In this document: piece after piece, positions 1 through 9,145 of the stretch
How positions within the stretch are numbered: the first letter of the stretch is position 1
How the letters are laid out: each line of letters begins with the position of its first letter
IMG/VR virus record: IMGVR_UViG_3300047323_000304
Span: 64,001 to 128,000 of that record
Direction: 5' to 3' (one strand)
Source: a virus
DNA: 64,000 bases
The notes under the pieces: generated by a model
What the model saw: the letters and a program-made list of their open reading frames with translations, nothing else
Databases searched by the model: none
What the model was told of the DNA's origin: nothing
Made by a program: the position numbers and the translations under genes

Positions 1-768
1 GATTTAAAATGGAGTGGAAATAGATATTCAAGAATGAGGAGTTTAATTTCAAGTTTTTCCGATTTTATAATTGATTTTCTGGACGAAGAATTCCCTGAAT
101 TTAAAAATCTTGTAAATAAAGCTGTATCAAAAGTACCTAAAGTTCCAGTAAGAAAGAAAACTATTATAACTCCTGAACAAGTGTATGCATTAAAAGATAA
201 ATTAATATCAGAAGGAAAAATACAACAAGCAACATTTTTAATGATTTTAGCAAGTTCAGGCTCAAGGGTGAGTGAAAGTTTGCGTATAGATGTGAATTTA
301 ATTGATGAAAATGTAACTGCATTTGGAGATTTGTTTTTAGAAACTACAGAAGAGATTAAAACCAAAGGACATGGGAAAACTGGTTATATGATGACTAGAT
401 TCTTAATAAAAGATGTATTTTTGCCTATGTACAAACAATGGATACCTATAAGAGAAGAAGTCTTAAAGAAAAATAATAAAGAACATAATTCAATGTTTAT
501 AAAAAGTAATGGAGACCCTATTACTGTAGCTGGTGTTAATGGTTGGATTAAAAGTTGGGAAAAGTTTTTAGGTGTCAATGCATACGCACATATGTTCAGA
601 CATTTTGTGGTTTCAGATCTTACGAGAAAAGGGTGTAGTTCCGATTTTGTGGTTGCAGTTATGAAATGGAAGACGGCATCAATGTATTCCGTTTACAATG
701 ATATTGAAGATAAGGATAGAACATGGAAAGAAGTTGATAAATTAAAAGATGTATTTAAGACTGAATAA
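1..768 (+). CDS. Tyrosine recombinase (phage integrase family), N-terminally truncated by window edge
   Basis: Frame is open from base 1 (DLKWSGNRYSR-MRSL...). Catalytic motifs: SGSRVSE (R), KTKGHGK (K), HMFRH (HxxR), and W...Y nine residues apart (MKWKTASMYSVY). Confidence 0.9.
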   Translation, partial: DLKWSGNRYSRMRSLISSFSDFIIDFLDEEFPEFKNLVNKAVSKVPKVPVRKKTIITPEQVYALKDKLISEGKIQQATFLMILASSGSRVSESLRIDVNLIDENVTAFGDLFLETTEEIKTKGHGKTGYMMTRFLIKDVFLPMYKQWIPIREEVLKKNNKEHNSMFIKSNGDPITVAGVNGWIKSWEKFLGVNAYAHMFRHFVVSDLTRKGCSSDFVVAVMKWKTASMYSVYNDIEDKDRTWKEVDKLKDVFKTE

Positions 769-781
769 AATTGACTTTTTA
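766..781. repeat. TAAAA-N6-TTTTA site (perfect), contains the recombinase stop codon
   Basis: TAAAA TTGACT TTTTA TCAAC. Confidence 0.7.
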
Positions 782-800
782 TCAACTTATATTGTATATT
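771..800 (+). promoter_or_regulatory. Putative sigma-A promoter TTGACT-N18-TATATT
   Basis: The -35 hexamer is the 6-nt spacer of the palindrome at 766-781; lies upstream of ORF 1079. Confidence 0.45.
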
Positions 801-1078
801 ATTCACTATTTTTTGCATAATATACAACCTAAAAACCCAATCTCATAGTCCAAGTATTCCGTCCAATAATAAAACCTATCCTAAAAAGACTATGAGATTA
901 ATCCATGAACAGATAATTAAATAAATATAAAGGTAAAATATTGTAGAACAATTACTATCCTAAATAACCAAACTAATATTCAGTATAATAACCATTCTAC
1001 AATTATTATTATGTCTTAAATATCAAAAAAATATGCATAGTTAAAATACTTAAAATTAAAAGAAAGGATGTGCTTTAA

Positions 1079-1285
1079 ATGAATGATTCAACAAGTAAAA
1101 TGATAGAAATGTTACAAGACCAAATAGGAAAAAGAGATGAGGTAATCAAGTCATTAAAGAGAGAAAATGAAGTGCAATCCATTGTAATTAAATCTAACAA
1201 GAAAAAATATAAAGGAATTATATTTGTATTATCTATCTTGACTTTAATATCTTCCGCAATAACTATATATAATATATTACTTTAG
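1079..1285 (+). CDS. Small coiled-coil protein with C-terminal transmembrane helix
   Basis: RBS AGAAAGGA; hydrophobic C-terminus GIIFVLSILTLISSAITIYNILL. Confidence 0.65.
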   Translation: MNDSTSKMIEMLQDQIGKRDEVIKSLKRENEVQSIVIKSNKKKYKGIIFVLSILTLISSAITIYNILL

Positions 1286-1355
1286 ATTTTAATTATAAAA
1301 ATTATGAAAGGACAGTGATTATCAAAAATATAAACAAGCGAAAGGAGTTTTTATT

Positions 1356-1670
1356 ATGCCAATATCTACTATGACCGAAGTAATTACAAATTTAGGATTC
1401 CCAATAGGATTAGTATTAATATTCTTAGTATTAATGGTAAGATATATAAATAAAAAAGATAAACTTACAAGAGAAGATACCAAGGAGCAAATAGGTATTT
1501 TAAGACAAGAAAATAAAGAAGATAAAGATATATTTAATAAAACTGTATGTTCTTTTAACAAAGCAATATCTGAATTTCAAGCAGTGAATAATAATATGTC
1601 ATCTATAGAGTGTAAGCTGAATACTATTGAGCAAGACATAACAGTAATTAAAACAAAAATGGACAAATAA
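1356..1670 (+). CDS. YvrJ-like / holin-like single-TM protein
   Basis: RBS AAAGGAG; N-terminal ITNLGFPIGLVLIFLVLMV resembles the YvrJ IxNxGFPI motif; followed by coiled coil. Confidence 0.65.
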   Translation: MPISTMTEVITNLGFPIGLVLIFLVLMVRYINKKDKLTREDTKEQIGILRQENKEDKDIFNKTVCSFNKAISEFQAVNNNMSSIECKLNTIEQDITVIKTKMDK

Positions 1671-1701
1671 AAAGAATAGTTAATTTTCATAACTACTCTT
1701 T
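1664..1701 (-). terminator. Rho-independent terminator (best on minus strand)
   Basis: Minus strand AAAGAGTAGTTA-7nt-TAACTATTCTTT then TTATTT; the single mismatch is a G-U pair only on the minus strand. Confidence 0.6.
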
Positions 1702-1758
1702 AAGTACCATCAAGAAATAAATAGTTACATATGGTAAAACAATACTGTTTATCTCTTA
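1664..1758 (-). ncRNA. Candidate ~95-nt antisense sRNA
   Basis: Bounded by a consensus promoter (1765-1792) and a minus-strand terminator; the only ATG is followed directly by TAA. Confidence 0.4.
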
Positions 1759-1764
1759 TCTATA

Positions 1765-1792
1765 ATTATACACTTTTAAAAATATATGTCAA
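1765..1792 (-). promoter_or_regulatory. Sigma-A promoter TTGACA-N16-TATAAT
   Basis: Both hexamers are perfect; no ORF downstream before the terminator. Confidence 0.6.
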
Positions 1793-1797
1793 TACTT

Positions 1798-1868
1798 AAA
1801 TGAGGGACTATTAATAAATTTATTACACTATAATGTGTTTTATTTTTATTAATAGTCCCTCATTTTTT
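1798..1868. terminator. 21-bp perfect inverted repeat, probable bidirectional terminator at the convergence point
   Basis: AAATGAGGGACTATTAATAAA (1798-1818) / TTTATTAATAGTCCCTCATTT (1845-1865), with a T-run continuing on the plus strand. Confidence 0.65.
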
Positions 1869-1873
1869 CGATT

Positions 1874-2050
1874 TTATTTTTCTAGTAATTCAATTAATTT
1901 CTTATGACATATATCAAATGCTTGCCTTTCTCCTAAATCTACAAGATCATTTGGGTGTTTGTTATAAGATTCATTAGATTTATTTCTTAATTGTTCAATT
2001 TCATCTAATAAATCCCATAAATCACTTCTTAACTGTTGGTAATCATCCAT
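1874..2050 (-). CDS. Hypothetical protein (58 aa, below ORF-track cutoff)
   Basis: RBS AAAGGAGA; MDDYQQLRSDLWDLLDEIEQLRNK...LLEK*. Confidence 0.6.
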   Translation of the reverse strand: MDDYQQLRSDLWDLLDEIEQLRNKSNESYNKHPNDLVDLGERQAFDICHKKLIELLEK

Positions 2051-2108
2051 AAATTAATCTCCTTTATATTTTATTAATAATTGTTAAACTTATCCTTTTA
2101 CAAAGACT

Positions 2109-2603
2109 TTATTTTTTAACTAGATCCATAAATTCATATTTTCCATAATCTGATTCTAATATTTGACTCCAGTAATCAATATCCCATTCATCTGTATTAA
2201 ATTTAAAATGTGTATCGGCTTCATATTCTTTGAAATTGACAGTTAAATATATCTTTTTGCAATGTGGTAAAAATTGTTGATATATGAATCCTCCACCTAT
2301 AACAAATACTTCTTCTTCAGAATCTTTATACTCATCAATTAATTCCTCTAAGTTATCTTTAAATATTAATGATTGTGTAGGACTAAATGTTTGAATTGTA
2401 TTCGAATTAGTTGTAAGAACTATATTATGCCTATTTGGCAAAGCACCATTCGGTAATGATTCAAAAGTCTTTCTACCCATAATGATTTTATGTCCTGTAG
2501 TCAATTCTTTAAATCGCCTCATATCTTCTTTAATATGAAATAGTAATTTATTATTATATCCTATTCCACCATTTATATCACTTGCTACTATTATTGATAA
2601 CAT
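2109..2603 (-). CDS. folA: Dihydrofolate reductase
   Basis: MLSIIVA...GGIG...LLFHIKEDMRRFKELTTGHKIIMGRKTFESLP...LPNRHNIVLT, FVIGGGFIY. Confidence 0.97.
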   Translation of the reverse strand: MLSIIVASDINGGIGYNNKLLFHIKEDMRRFKELTTGHKIIMGRKTFESLPNGALPNRHNIVLTTNSNTIQTFSPTQSLIFKDNLEELIDEYKDSEEEVFVIGGGFIYQQFLPHCKKIYLTVNFKEYEADTHFKFNTDEWDIDYWSQILESDYGKYEFMDLVKK

Positions 2604-3484
2604 TAAACACTTACCTCCATTTGTAATTTTCCCATATGTTTATAATCTTCTAGTTCGATATCATCTATGGTAAAGTCATAAAAATCTTTTATATTAGAAT
2701 TTAGTTTTAATTTTGGATTAGAAGAACATATATCCTGTATCTTATTATAATCTTCATGTGTAATATTTTTATGGAATTCTTTGAAAGTATCATAATTATA
2801 AATTGAATGAACTAATTTATCGTATCTGTCCAATTGTTCTTTCATTGCATCAAAATGATTTTCATATATATGAGCATTATTTATAATATGAGTTAATCTT
2901 CCTACTTTTAATCCAGTAGCTTGAGCAATCAAATGTGTTAAAACTGCATATTGAGTTGTATTGAATGGAACTCCTAATCCTACATCCCCAGAACGTTGAA
3001 CTAGCATACAATTTAATTCACCATCAGTAACATCCCACATACTAAGAAAGCAACAAGGTGCTAAATTCATTTCAGGTAAGTCTTGCCAATTCCAAAGATT
3101 AATCATCATTCTTCTATCTTGAGGATTTTCTTTAAGCATTTTAATTAAGTTATCAATTTGATGATATTGTTTTACCTGATATCCATAAGCCTTGCCAATT
3201 GTACCATCTTCTCCTTCCCATTCGTTCCAAACATTACAACCAACATCTTTTAAATCTTGCACTACATTAGATTGTTTTTGCATGATCCATAATATTTCTT
3301 TAACTGCCGTTTTAAAAAATACTTGCTTGGTTTTTAAAATTGGGAATTCTCTTTGTAAATCTACTGTTATAGATTGATGTGATAATTTTTTAGTTGGCAT
3401 ACCTGTTCTATTATTATCATAATAACCTACATCCATTATATTTCTAACTAAATTCATATATTGTAATTCATAATTGCTTATCAT
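2603..3484 (-). CDS. thyA: Thymidylate synthase
   Basis: NRTG, LAPCC catalytic Cys region, [19 protein letters not shown]; overlaps the folA start. Confidence 0.97.
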   Translation of the reverse strand: MISNYELQYMNLVRNIMDVGYYDNNRTGMPTKKLSHQSITVDLQREFPILKTKQVFFKTAVKEILWIMQKQSNVVQDLKDVGCNVWNEWEGEDGTIGKAYGYQVKQYHQIDNLIKMLKENPQDRRMMINLWNWQDLPEMNLAPCCFLSMWDVTDGELNCMLVQRSGDVGLGVPFNTTQYAVLTHLIAQATGLKVGRLTHIINNAHIYENHFDAMKEQLDRYDKLVHSIYNYDTFKEFHKNITHEDYNKIQDICSSNPKLKLNSNIKDFYDFTIDDIELEDYKHMGKLQMEVSV

Positions 3485-3513
3485 ATTTTCATTCTCCTTA
3501 TATCCTTTTTATT

Positions 3514-3873
3514 TTATCTTATACTAAATTTTTGTCCAGCAAATTCAAAATCACTTTCTACATTTTTATAAGCTTCAATATAACTATCCATTATTTTATC
3601 ATTATTTAAAAAATCTATATATTCATCAGATGAATTATTATTTATAAATTCTTTTTTATCAGTTTGATTATCTATCATATTATGTAATTCATTTTTGTCA
3701 TTTATTAATTGTTCCTTTTCTATTTGCAATTGCTTATTATCAGCTTTTAGACATATATTTTCCATTCTAAGCTTATTTAATTCTTGTAACATATCCATAA
3801 ATGTTGGTTTTCCACCTTTTGATTGTAGTTCGTCCACTTCTTCTGCCTTTTCTATTTCACATACATTACTCAT
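3514..3873 (-). CDS. Hypothetical coiled-coil protein
   Basis: ORF with RBS in the minus-strand operon. Confidence 0.7.
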   Translation of the reverse strand: MSNVCEIEKAEEVDELQSKGGKPTFMDMLQELNKLRMENICLKADNKQLQIEKEQLINDKNELHNMIDNQTDKKEFINNNSSDEYIDFLNNDKIMDSYIEAYKNVESDFEFAGQKFSIR

Positions 3874-3926
3874 TTAAATTCTCTCCCTCATATTTATATT
3901 TTGTTTCCCTTGATTACCATAATTTT

Positions 3927-3955
3927 ATTATAGAACATACGTTTTATAGTGTCAA
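3927..3955 (-). promoter_or_regulatory. Sigma-A promoter TTGACA-N17-TATAAT with AAATAAATTAAAAAGAATAC upstream element
   Basis: Perfect consensus with 17-nt spacer. Confidence 0.75.
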
Positions 3956-3973
3956 GTATTCTTTTTAATTTAT

Positions 3974-4237
3974 TTATGATTCACTATTTTTTCTATTTGA
4001 ATAACAATTTCTATCTTTTAATAAGCAATACTTATTTCTATAAAGGAAACTACATTTAGTTGGTTGTTGATTACATTTTACGAATCCATATTTTATAGTA
4101 GTAAAAAAATTAACTATGGGATTTCTTATACATCTATACCATAAATTGCTTACTGATGGACATTCTTTATCACACTTATAACAATAATCAAAATCATCGT
4201 GATGTTTGCAAAATACATGATTAAATTTTTGATTCAT
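3974..4237 (-). CDS. Cys-rich hypothetical protein
   Basis: RBS AGGAGG; several Cys pairs. Confidence 0.6.
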   Translation of the reverse strand: MNQKFNHVFCKHHDDFDYCYKCDKECPSVSNLWYRCIRNPIVNFFTTIKYGFVKCNQQPTKCSFLYRNKYCLLKDRNCYSNRKNSES

Positions 4238-4413
4238 AATTTTACCTCCTAATAATGTTTTAAAATTTAAGATTTATTAACTTTTTATCTTTATTTCATC
4301 TATTTGCATCCATTGAAGAATGCTAATATTATTGCAAGAATTAATATATATCCTACTATTATGGCACTCAGAACCATAGACACCACCTCTTTTCTTAGTA
4401 AGATTTTTATATG

Positions 4414-5694
4414 TCAATTATAACTCACTTCCTTTCCTTCTTCTCTAATACAAACAAATGTAGGAAATTGTAATGATATTAATTTAGTTTTCTTATCCAT
4501 AGTTTCTTCTTTGTATTTAACTTCTAAAATTCTATCTATGTATTTATCACGATTTGTCCAATATTCTTGACGTTGTTCATCAGTGTATCCTGAACCAACA
4601 TTAACTTTATTTCCTTTGTAGTCTATTATGAAACTACCCAATACTCCTTTATATTTCCCATCACCCTCCTCGTATCCAATGATACTACAATCGGCAGTCA
4701 TAAATTTTTTAATCTTGAGAATACCATTATGCCTCTTATTTTTCCATTCACAATCTTTTATAGCCATTAAGCCTTCTTTATCTTCTGAAGTTGCTATTTC
4801 TAGGTATTCTGCAATTACATCAATGTTATCACCTTCATAATATATTTTAGGAATATCTAAATTTATCAATCCTTTTTCTAATGCTTCTTGTTTTAATTGT
4901 TTTAATAACTTAAGTCTTTCTTTATATTTTAATTTACTTTTTCCTTGATAAAATTCTTCTATCGGTATTAAATCAAATACTATGAAATCAATCATTGTTT
5001 TATCTTCTGCATCTGAATTTACTATTGAAGTAGTTAATCTAAAGTTCTCACCATTTGATAGATTATCTATATTTTTTCTAACTAATTCACCATTAAAATA
5101 ATATCCTTTGAAACTTAATTGTTCTAGTTGTTGAAGTATATGACCTAGATTTGATAATTCTTTGCCTTGTCTACTAAGCATAATTCCATTTACATCAGAA
5201 CAATTTATACCATTTAATTTATCTTCTAAACAAAACCAAGTACCTTGTTTTAATGGATATTTATGAATTGGATATGCTTGTTGAATATTAAATTCTGGTA
5301 TTAACCCTTTTATAGCTTTATTTATACTTTTTCCAGATATATTACACCTCAAGTCTTTGGTAAGTACATTGATCCATAACTCTTGTTCTTCATAAGATCT
5401 AATGCTCAAAAATATCAATACTCTGTTTCTAAGCACATCATTGATATTGCTTTCTGATAACTTATTCAACATATCAAATCCATTAGTCCAAGTTTTATCG
5501 TTATTGATTATAAAATCATGTAATAAGTTTCTTAATTTATTTTCACTAAATCCATATTGCAAATTATCGTCATATGTATATTTAAGGATATCTGTAAAAA
5601 CTTTATTATCAGCATTCTTTTTAATTATTGTTATCTTATCATTAGTTGATGATGTACCTCTTAAATCTTCAATTATTTTTATTACATTTTCCAT
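4414..5694 (-). CDS. lig: ATP-dependent DNA ligase
   Basis: Motif I EDKLNGIN, NGEL, FIVFD, EGLMAIK, LKIKK; OB-fold VGSGYTDEQR...QFPTF. Confidence 0.92.
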   Translation of the reverse strand: MENVIKIIEDLRGTSSTNDKITIIKKNADNKVFTDILKYTYDDNLQYGFSENKLRNLLHDFIINNDKTWTNGFDMLNKLSESNINDVLRNRVLIFLSIRSYEEQELWINVLTKDLRCNISGKSINKAIKGLIPEFNIQQAYPIHKYPLKQGTWFCLEDKLNGINCSDVNGIMLSRQGKELSNLGHILQQLEQLSFKGYYFNGELVRKNIDNLSNGENFRLTTSIVNSDAEDKTMIDFIVFDLIPIEEFYQGKSKLKYKERLKLLKQLKQEALEKGLINLDIPKIYYEGDNIDVIAEYLEIATSEDKEGLMAIKDCEWKNKRHNGILKIKKFMTADCSIIGYEEGDGKYKGVLGSFIIDYKGNKVNVGSGYTDEQRQEYWTNRDKYIDRILEVKYKEETMDKKTKLISLQFPTFVCIREEGKEVSYN

Positions 5695-5794
5695 TCTTCA
5701 TATCTCCTTTATTACTTATATTGTTTTTAATTTATTTACTATGTATATTTGTAATGGTTGTCCTATTCAGTATGACTTCTTCCTTACATCTATA

Positions 5795-5823
5795 ATATTA
5801 CTACTTTTGGATTGATATGTCAA
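5795..5823 (-). promoter_or_regulatory. Sigma-A promoter TTGACA-N17-TAATAT
   Basis: Upstream of ligase; preceded by AAATAAATTAAAG. Confidence 0.6.
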
Positions 5824-5843
5824 TAATATTATCTTTAATTTAT

Positions 5844-7457
5844 TTAATTTAATTGTAATGGAATATATGAGCCAGTATTTGTAGCAACTAATTCATCATA
5901 TTCAAATGGTTTAAATCCAAATTCCATTACTAATTCTTGTTCTTTCTTAGACATATCACTATATCTTTTTGTCATAAAATCATCAGGTAGCCAGTTTTTA
6001 CCTTTACCTGCCAAAATATTCAGTTGTTTTAATAAATTTTCATCTTTATACTTCACATGGATTGTACCTTTATGGTAAACATCAAGATAAAAGAACTCAG
6101 CATCTATATTTTTTTCACAATGTTGTATTTTATTTCTTATTTCATCTGTGTCTAATATGTATTTCTTCCCTGTCAAATTATTAAATATTATAGTTAAATC
6201 TTTTAATACGTCTGGCACACATTGAAAAGAATATTCTAAATAACAAGGTATTATATTTTTGCCTTTTATCATATAAGCATTATTTGTCCTCCACCCAGAA
6301 TACATATGTATGTTTTTGTTCCATGAAGCATCTGTATAACTATATTTACTAGTTAATTTATCAAATACTTCTGCAACAGTGCTTTCGTAAGATTTTGGAA
6401 TAGAACTCATAATTTTCTCATAAAAATATCTACAATTTTCAATTGTAAAAGGTATATCTTCTTGTCTTTCCATATTATAAGAAAAATCATTTCTTAATTT
6501 AGATGGAAGTCTTGACATAAAATCTGTTTCAGTTATAAACTTTTGCCAGTACTCTAGTGTCAATTTTGAGATATAGTCATTAATTTTTATATGTGTCCGA
6601 GATAAGGTTTCACTATCCATTATGCCTATTTCTTGTTTTATATTTAATCCTTTAAATAAATGTTTAATACGTTCTCTCTCTTCATATAGTTTTATTACTG
6701 AATTTTTGCAAATATTATATTCCATTACTAATTGCTGTAATTTACTCATTTTTGGCATAACAGATTTAAAACTGTAATCTGAATTGATATTTATATTCTC
6801 TCTTTTAAAATTCTGTTCAAACATAGTTTCGGTGTTTTTCATTGGTATTTTCAAATATATTATTGCAATTTCAACATCAGTCTTTCTTTCTGAGTATATA
6901 AATGCTTCCTGTATATATTCTATATCTGCATTATATTCATCTAATTTGTTTAGTAATTCTATTCTTTCTTTGGAATAAGGGTTTTTTATTGTTTCTGCAT
7001 TTATTATACAAAGTATCTTACCACCTATTCTTTCTTGAATACATATTGATTTTAGCAAATGTTTTGTTCCATTGCTAAAAGGAACGTTTTGAATTATTAA
7101 GTCATAAAATCTTGGTGCATCAAAAGTTAAATAATCATTCCATATAACATTATAATTTTGTCCTCTTAATAAACTATTCAATGTTTCATCGTATTCTATA
7201 ACATCAAATTTAACATATTTATCTATATCTGTTTCTGGATTACTATATTTTGACTTATATTTGTTCTTTTCTTTTAAATAGTATTCTTTATAGGCTTGTA
7301 TTATATCTCCTTTTCCACACTCAGGTTCTAATATGTACTTACATTTACTAAATCCATAGTTATCTGATTGTAACTTATCCAACATTTTAAAGACAAGTTC
7401 TTTTGGAGTCGGATAGAAGTCTTGGTTGTTATCAAACATTATTATCATTCCTTTCAT
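5844..7457 (-). CDS. DUF4942-type class I SAM-dependent (N6-adenine-like) methyltransferase
   Basis: QDFYPTP, LEPECGKGDI (SAM motif), LIIQNVPF (variant of NPPF); C-terminal YHKGTIHVKY...LNILAGKGKNWLP. Confidence 0.75.
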   Translation of the reverse strand: MKGMIIMFDNNQDFYPTPKELVFKMLDKLQSDNYGFSKCKYILEPECGKGDIIQAYKEYYLKEKNKYKSKYSNPETDIDKYVKFDVIEYDETLNSLLRGQNYNVIWNDYLTFDAPRFYDLIIQNVPFSNGTKHLLKSICIQERIGGKILCIINAETIKNPYSKERIELLNKLDEYNADIEYIQEAFIYSERKTDVEIAIIYLKIPMKNTETMFEQNFKRENININSDYSFKSVMPKMSKLQQLVMEYNICKNSVIKLYEERERIKHLFKGLNIKQEIGIMDSETLSRTHIKINDYISKLTLEYWQKFITETDFMSRLPSKLRNDFSYNMERQEDIPFTIENCRYFYEKIMSSIPKSYESTVAEVFDKLTSKYSYTDASWNKNIHMYSGWRTNNAYMIKGKNIIPCYLEYSFQCVPDVLKDLTIIFNNLTGKKYILDTDEIRNKIQHCEKNIDAEFFYLDVYHKGTIHVKYKDENLLKQLNILAGKGKNWLPDDFMTKRYSDMSKKEQELVMEFGFKPFEYDELVATNTGSYIPLQLN

Positions 7458-7486
7458 TATCTATAATTTATTTAGTTTTCTATATT

Positions 7487-7515
7487 ATAGTAACATATCC
7501 ATTAATTTATTGCAA
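7487..7515 (-). promoter_or_regulatory. Sigma-A promoter TTGCAA-N17-TACTAT
   Basis: Upstream of the methyltransferase; preceded by AAATAAATTAAAAATAATG. Confidence 0.55.
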
Positions 7516-7547
7516 CATTATTTTTAATTTATTTTATAAATTTAGAT

Positions 7548-7573
7548 ATAAGAAAAGACGAGTTCCCTCGCCT
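7548..7573 (-). terminator. Rho-independent terminator
   Basis: AGGCGAG-GGAA-CTCGTCT-TTTCTTAT just after the stop at 7581. Confidence 0.7.
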
Positions 7574-7580
7574 AATCTAT

Positions 7581-7820
7581 TTATTCTATTAATGCTAATT
7601 CTTCATATATTGCTATATAAGTATGTCCTTGTGGGATATTTAAAGCCTCAGAAGGTGGTAATTCTTCAAAATAATTATCCATATAGATATAATATAAATC
7701 TGTATCGTCAGAATTATGTATTAATTTAACTATACCTTTTTCTCCAATTGCTTCAGGATGAACATTATCTTTATGTGGCATTATTAGAACTTTACTATTT
7801 AGTTTTATATTTTGTATCAT
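7581..7820 (-). CDS. Hypothetical protein
   Basis: ORF with RBS AGGTGA. Confidence 0.65.
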   Translation of the reverse strand: MIQNIKLNSKVLIMPHKDNVHPEAIGEKGIVKLIHNSDDTDLYYIYMDNYFEELPPSEALNIPQGHTYIAIYEELALIE

Positions 7821-7829
7821 TTAAATCAC

Positions 7830-8054
7830 CTACTTAAAATTAATTTTAAATTTACTAACTAAATAATCAGTAATTATAGAAATAGATGCTCCACCAACAA
7901 TAATTATTCCCATTTGGAAGTTACTACATTGTAAATTTCTATCATAATATAGCAATAATCCTAAAATCATTAACATCATTCCACCAGCATATAAGACTCC
8001 TACATATAGCATACATACTAGCCACTTTACTATTTTATATAAATTAATTTTCAT
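7830..8054 (-). CDS. Two-TM membrane protein
   Basis: Two hydrophobic stretches. Confidence 0.65.
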   Translation of the reverse strand: MKINLYKIVKWLVCMLYVGVLYAGGMMLMILGLLLYYDRNLQCSNFQMGIIIVGGASISIITDYLVSKFKINFK

Positions 8055-8100
8055 AATTAACCTTCTTTCTAACTTTGTATTTAATTTATTAACAAGCTTT

Positions 8101-8116
8101 TAAAAGTATGATTTTA
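8101..8116. repeat. TAAAA-N6-TTTTA site (perfect)
   Basis: TAAAA GTATGA TTTTA CAAG, intergenic. Confidence 0.65.
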
Positions 8117-8132
8117 CAAGGATATTTTTGAT

Positions 8133-8197
8133 TATTTCCCAAAATTAATTTGTAAAGTATTGATATTGCTTATGTGTATAATCAATTTTGGGAAATA
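8133..8197. repeat. 14-bp inverted repeat after the dut stop
   Basis: TATTTCCCAAAATT / AATTTTGGGAAATA with a 37-nt spacer. Confidence 0.55.
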
Positions 8198-8205
8198 TAT
8201 TCAAT

Positions 8206-8862
8206 TTATTTAGTTGTAGATCCAAATCCACCTTGCCTAGTTTCTCCCTCATTAAATGAATCCCCATCTGTTAATAAGAATGGCATGAATAACATTTGAC
8301 ACATTCCATCACCTTGTTCAATTATCATTTCTTTGTTACCTTCATTTCTTAGCTTTACAAACATATGTCCTTCGTTTTTAGGGTTGTTATAGTAATCTCC
8401 ATCAATAACTCCTACTGTATTTGCAAGCCTACAATAATATTTAAATCCTAATCCACTTCTAGGAAAAGCCATTAATACTTCACCATCTTGCATATAAGCT
8501 TTTAATCCTGTAGGAACATTTATTTCTTCATTGGGTTGTAATGTAATATTGTAAGGTGCAAATATATCATATCCTGCCGACTTACTTGTACCACGTTTAG
8601 GTAGTTTTAATTCACAATCTAATATACTTTTTTCATCAAAATCTTTTAATCCTTGATCCATTGATACAAATTCAAATCCTCTTAATCTTTTAGGTTTTAT
8701 TACTTCTTTAATTGTTTCTTGCATTATTTTAGCCTCCATATCTATAATTGAATCATAATTGATTTTACTTTGTTGTCCTTGATAGCAATTAAGTCTATCT
8801 TTACAAAATCCACACATTCCTTTACACCTTAATCCATTTTCATACTCTTGTTTGTTTACCAT
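8206..8862 (-). CDS. dut: Trimeric dUTPase with Cys-rich N-terminal extension
   Basis: SAGYDI, PRSGLG, GVIDGDYY, CQMLF, RQGGFGST. Confidence 0.95.
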   Translation of the reverse strand: MVNKQEYENGLRCKGMCGFCKDRLNCYQGQQSKINYDSIIDMEAKIMQETIKEVIKPKRLRGFEFVSMDQGLKDFDEKSILDCELKLPKRGTSKSAGYDIFAPYNITLQPNEEINVPTGLKAYMQDGEVLMAFPRSGLGFKYYCRLANTVGVIDGDYYNNPKNEGHMFVKLRNEGNKEMIIEQGDGMCQMLFMPFLLTDGDSFNEGETRQGGFGSTTK

Positions 8863-8913
8863 AATTCTTTCTCTCCTTCAATTCTTATCATATCAGTTTA
8901 ATATATTTTGTTT

Positions 8914-9141
8914 TTAACTATAAAATTCATCTAATAATATATAAATATCTTCTGCCAAAATTTCCATCTCTGATACTAGTTTATTTTCATATTCAGTAAA
9001 TTCATATTCATCGAGATTTCCTACAATACTGACTATTTTTTCCGCTATAGGTTTAATCTCTTTTGTTGTATCTTGAAGCCTAATAAATATATCTTTTAAT
9101 TCTGTAAGTTCTGATAATATTTTTGAATCTTGTTTATCCAT
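8914..9141 (-). CDS. Hypothetical protein
   Basis: Co-oriented ORF in operon. Confidence 0.65.
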   Translation of the reverse strand: MDKQDSKILSELTELKDIFIRLQDTTKEIKPIAEKIVSIVGNLDEYEFTEYENKLVSEMEILAEDIYILLDEFYS

Positions 9142-9145
9142 TATT

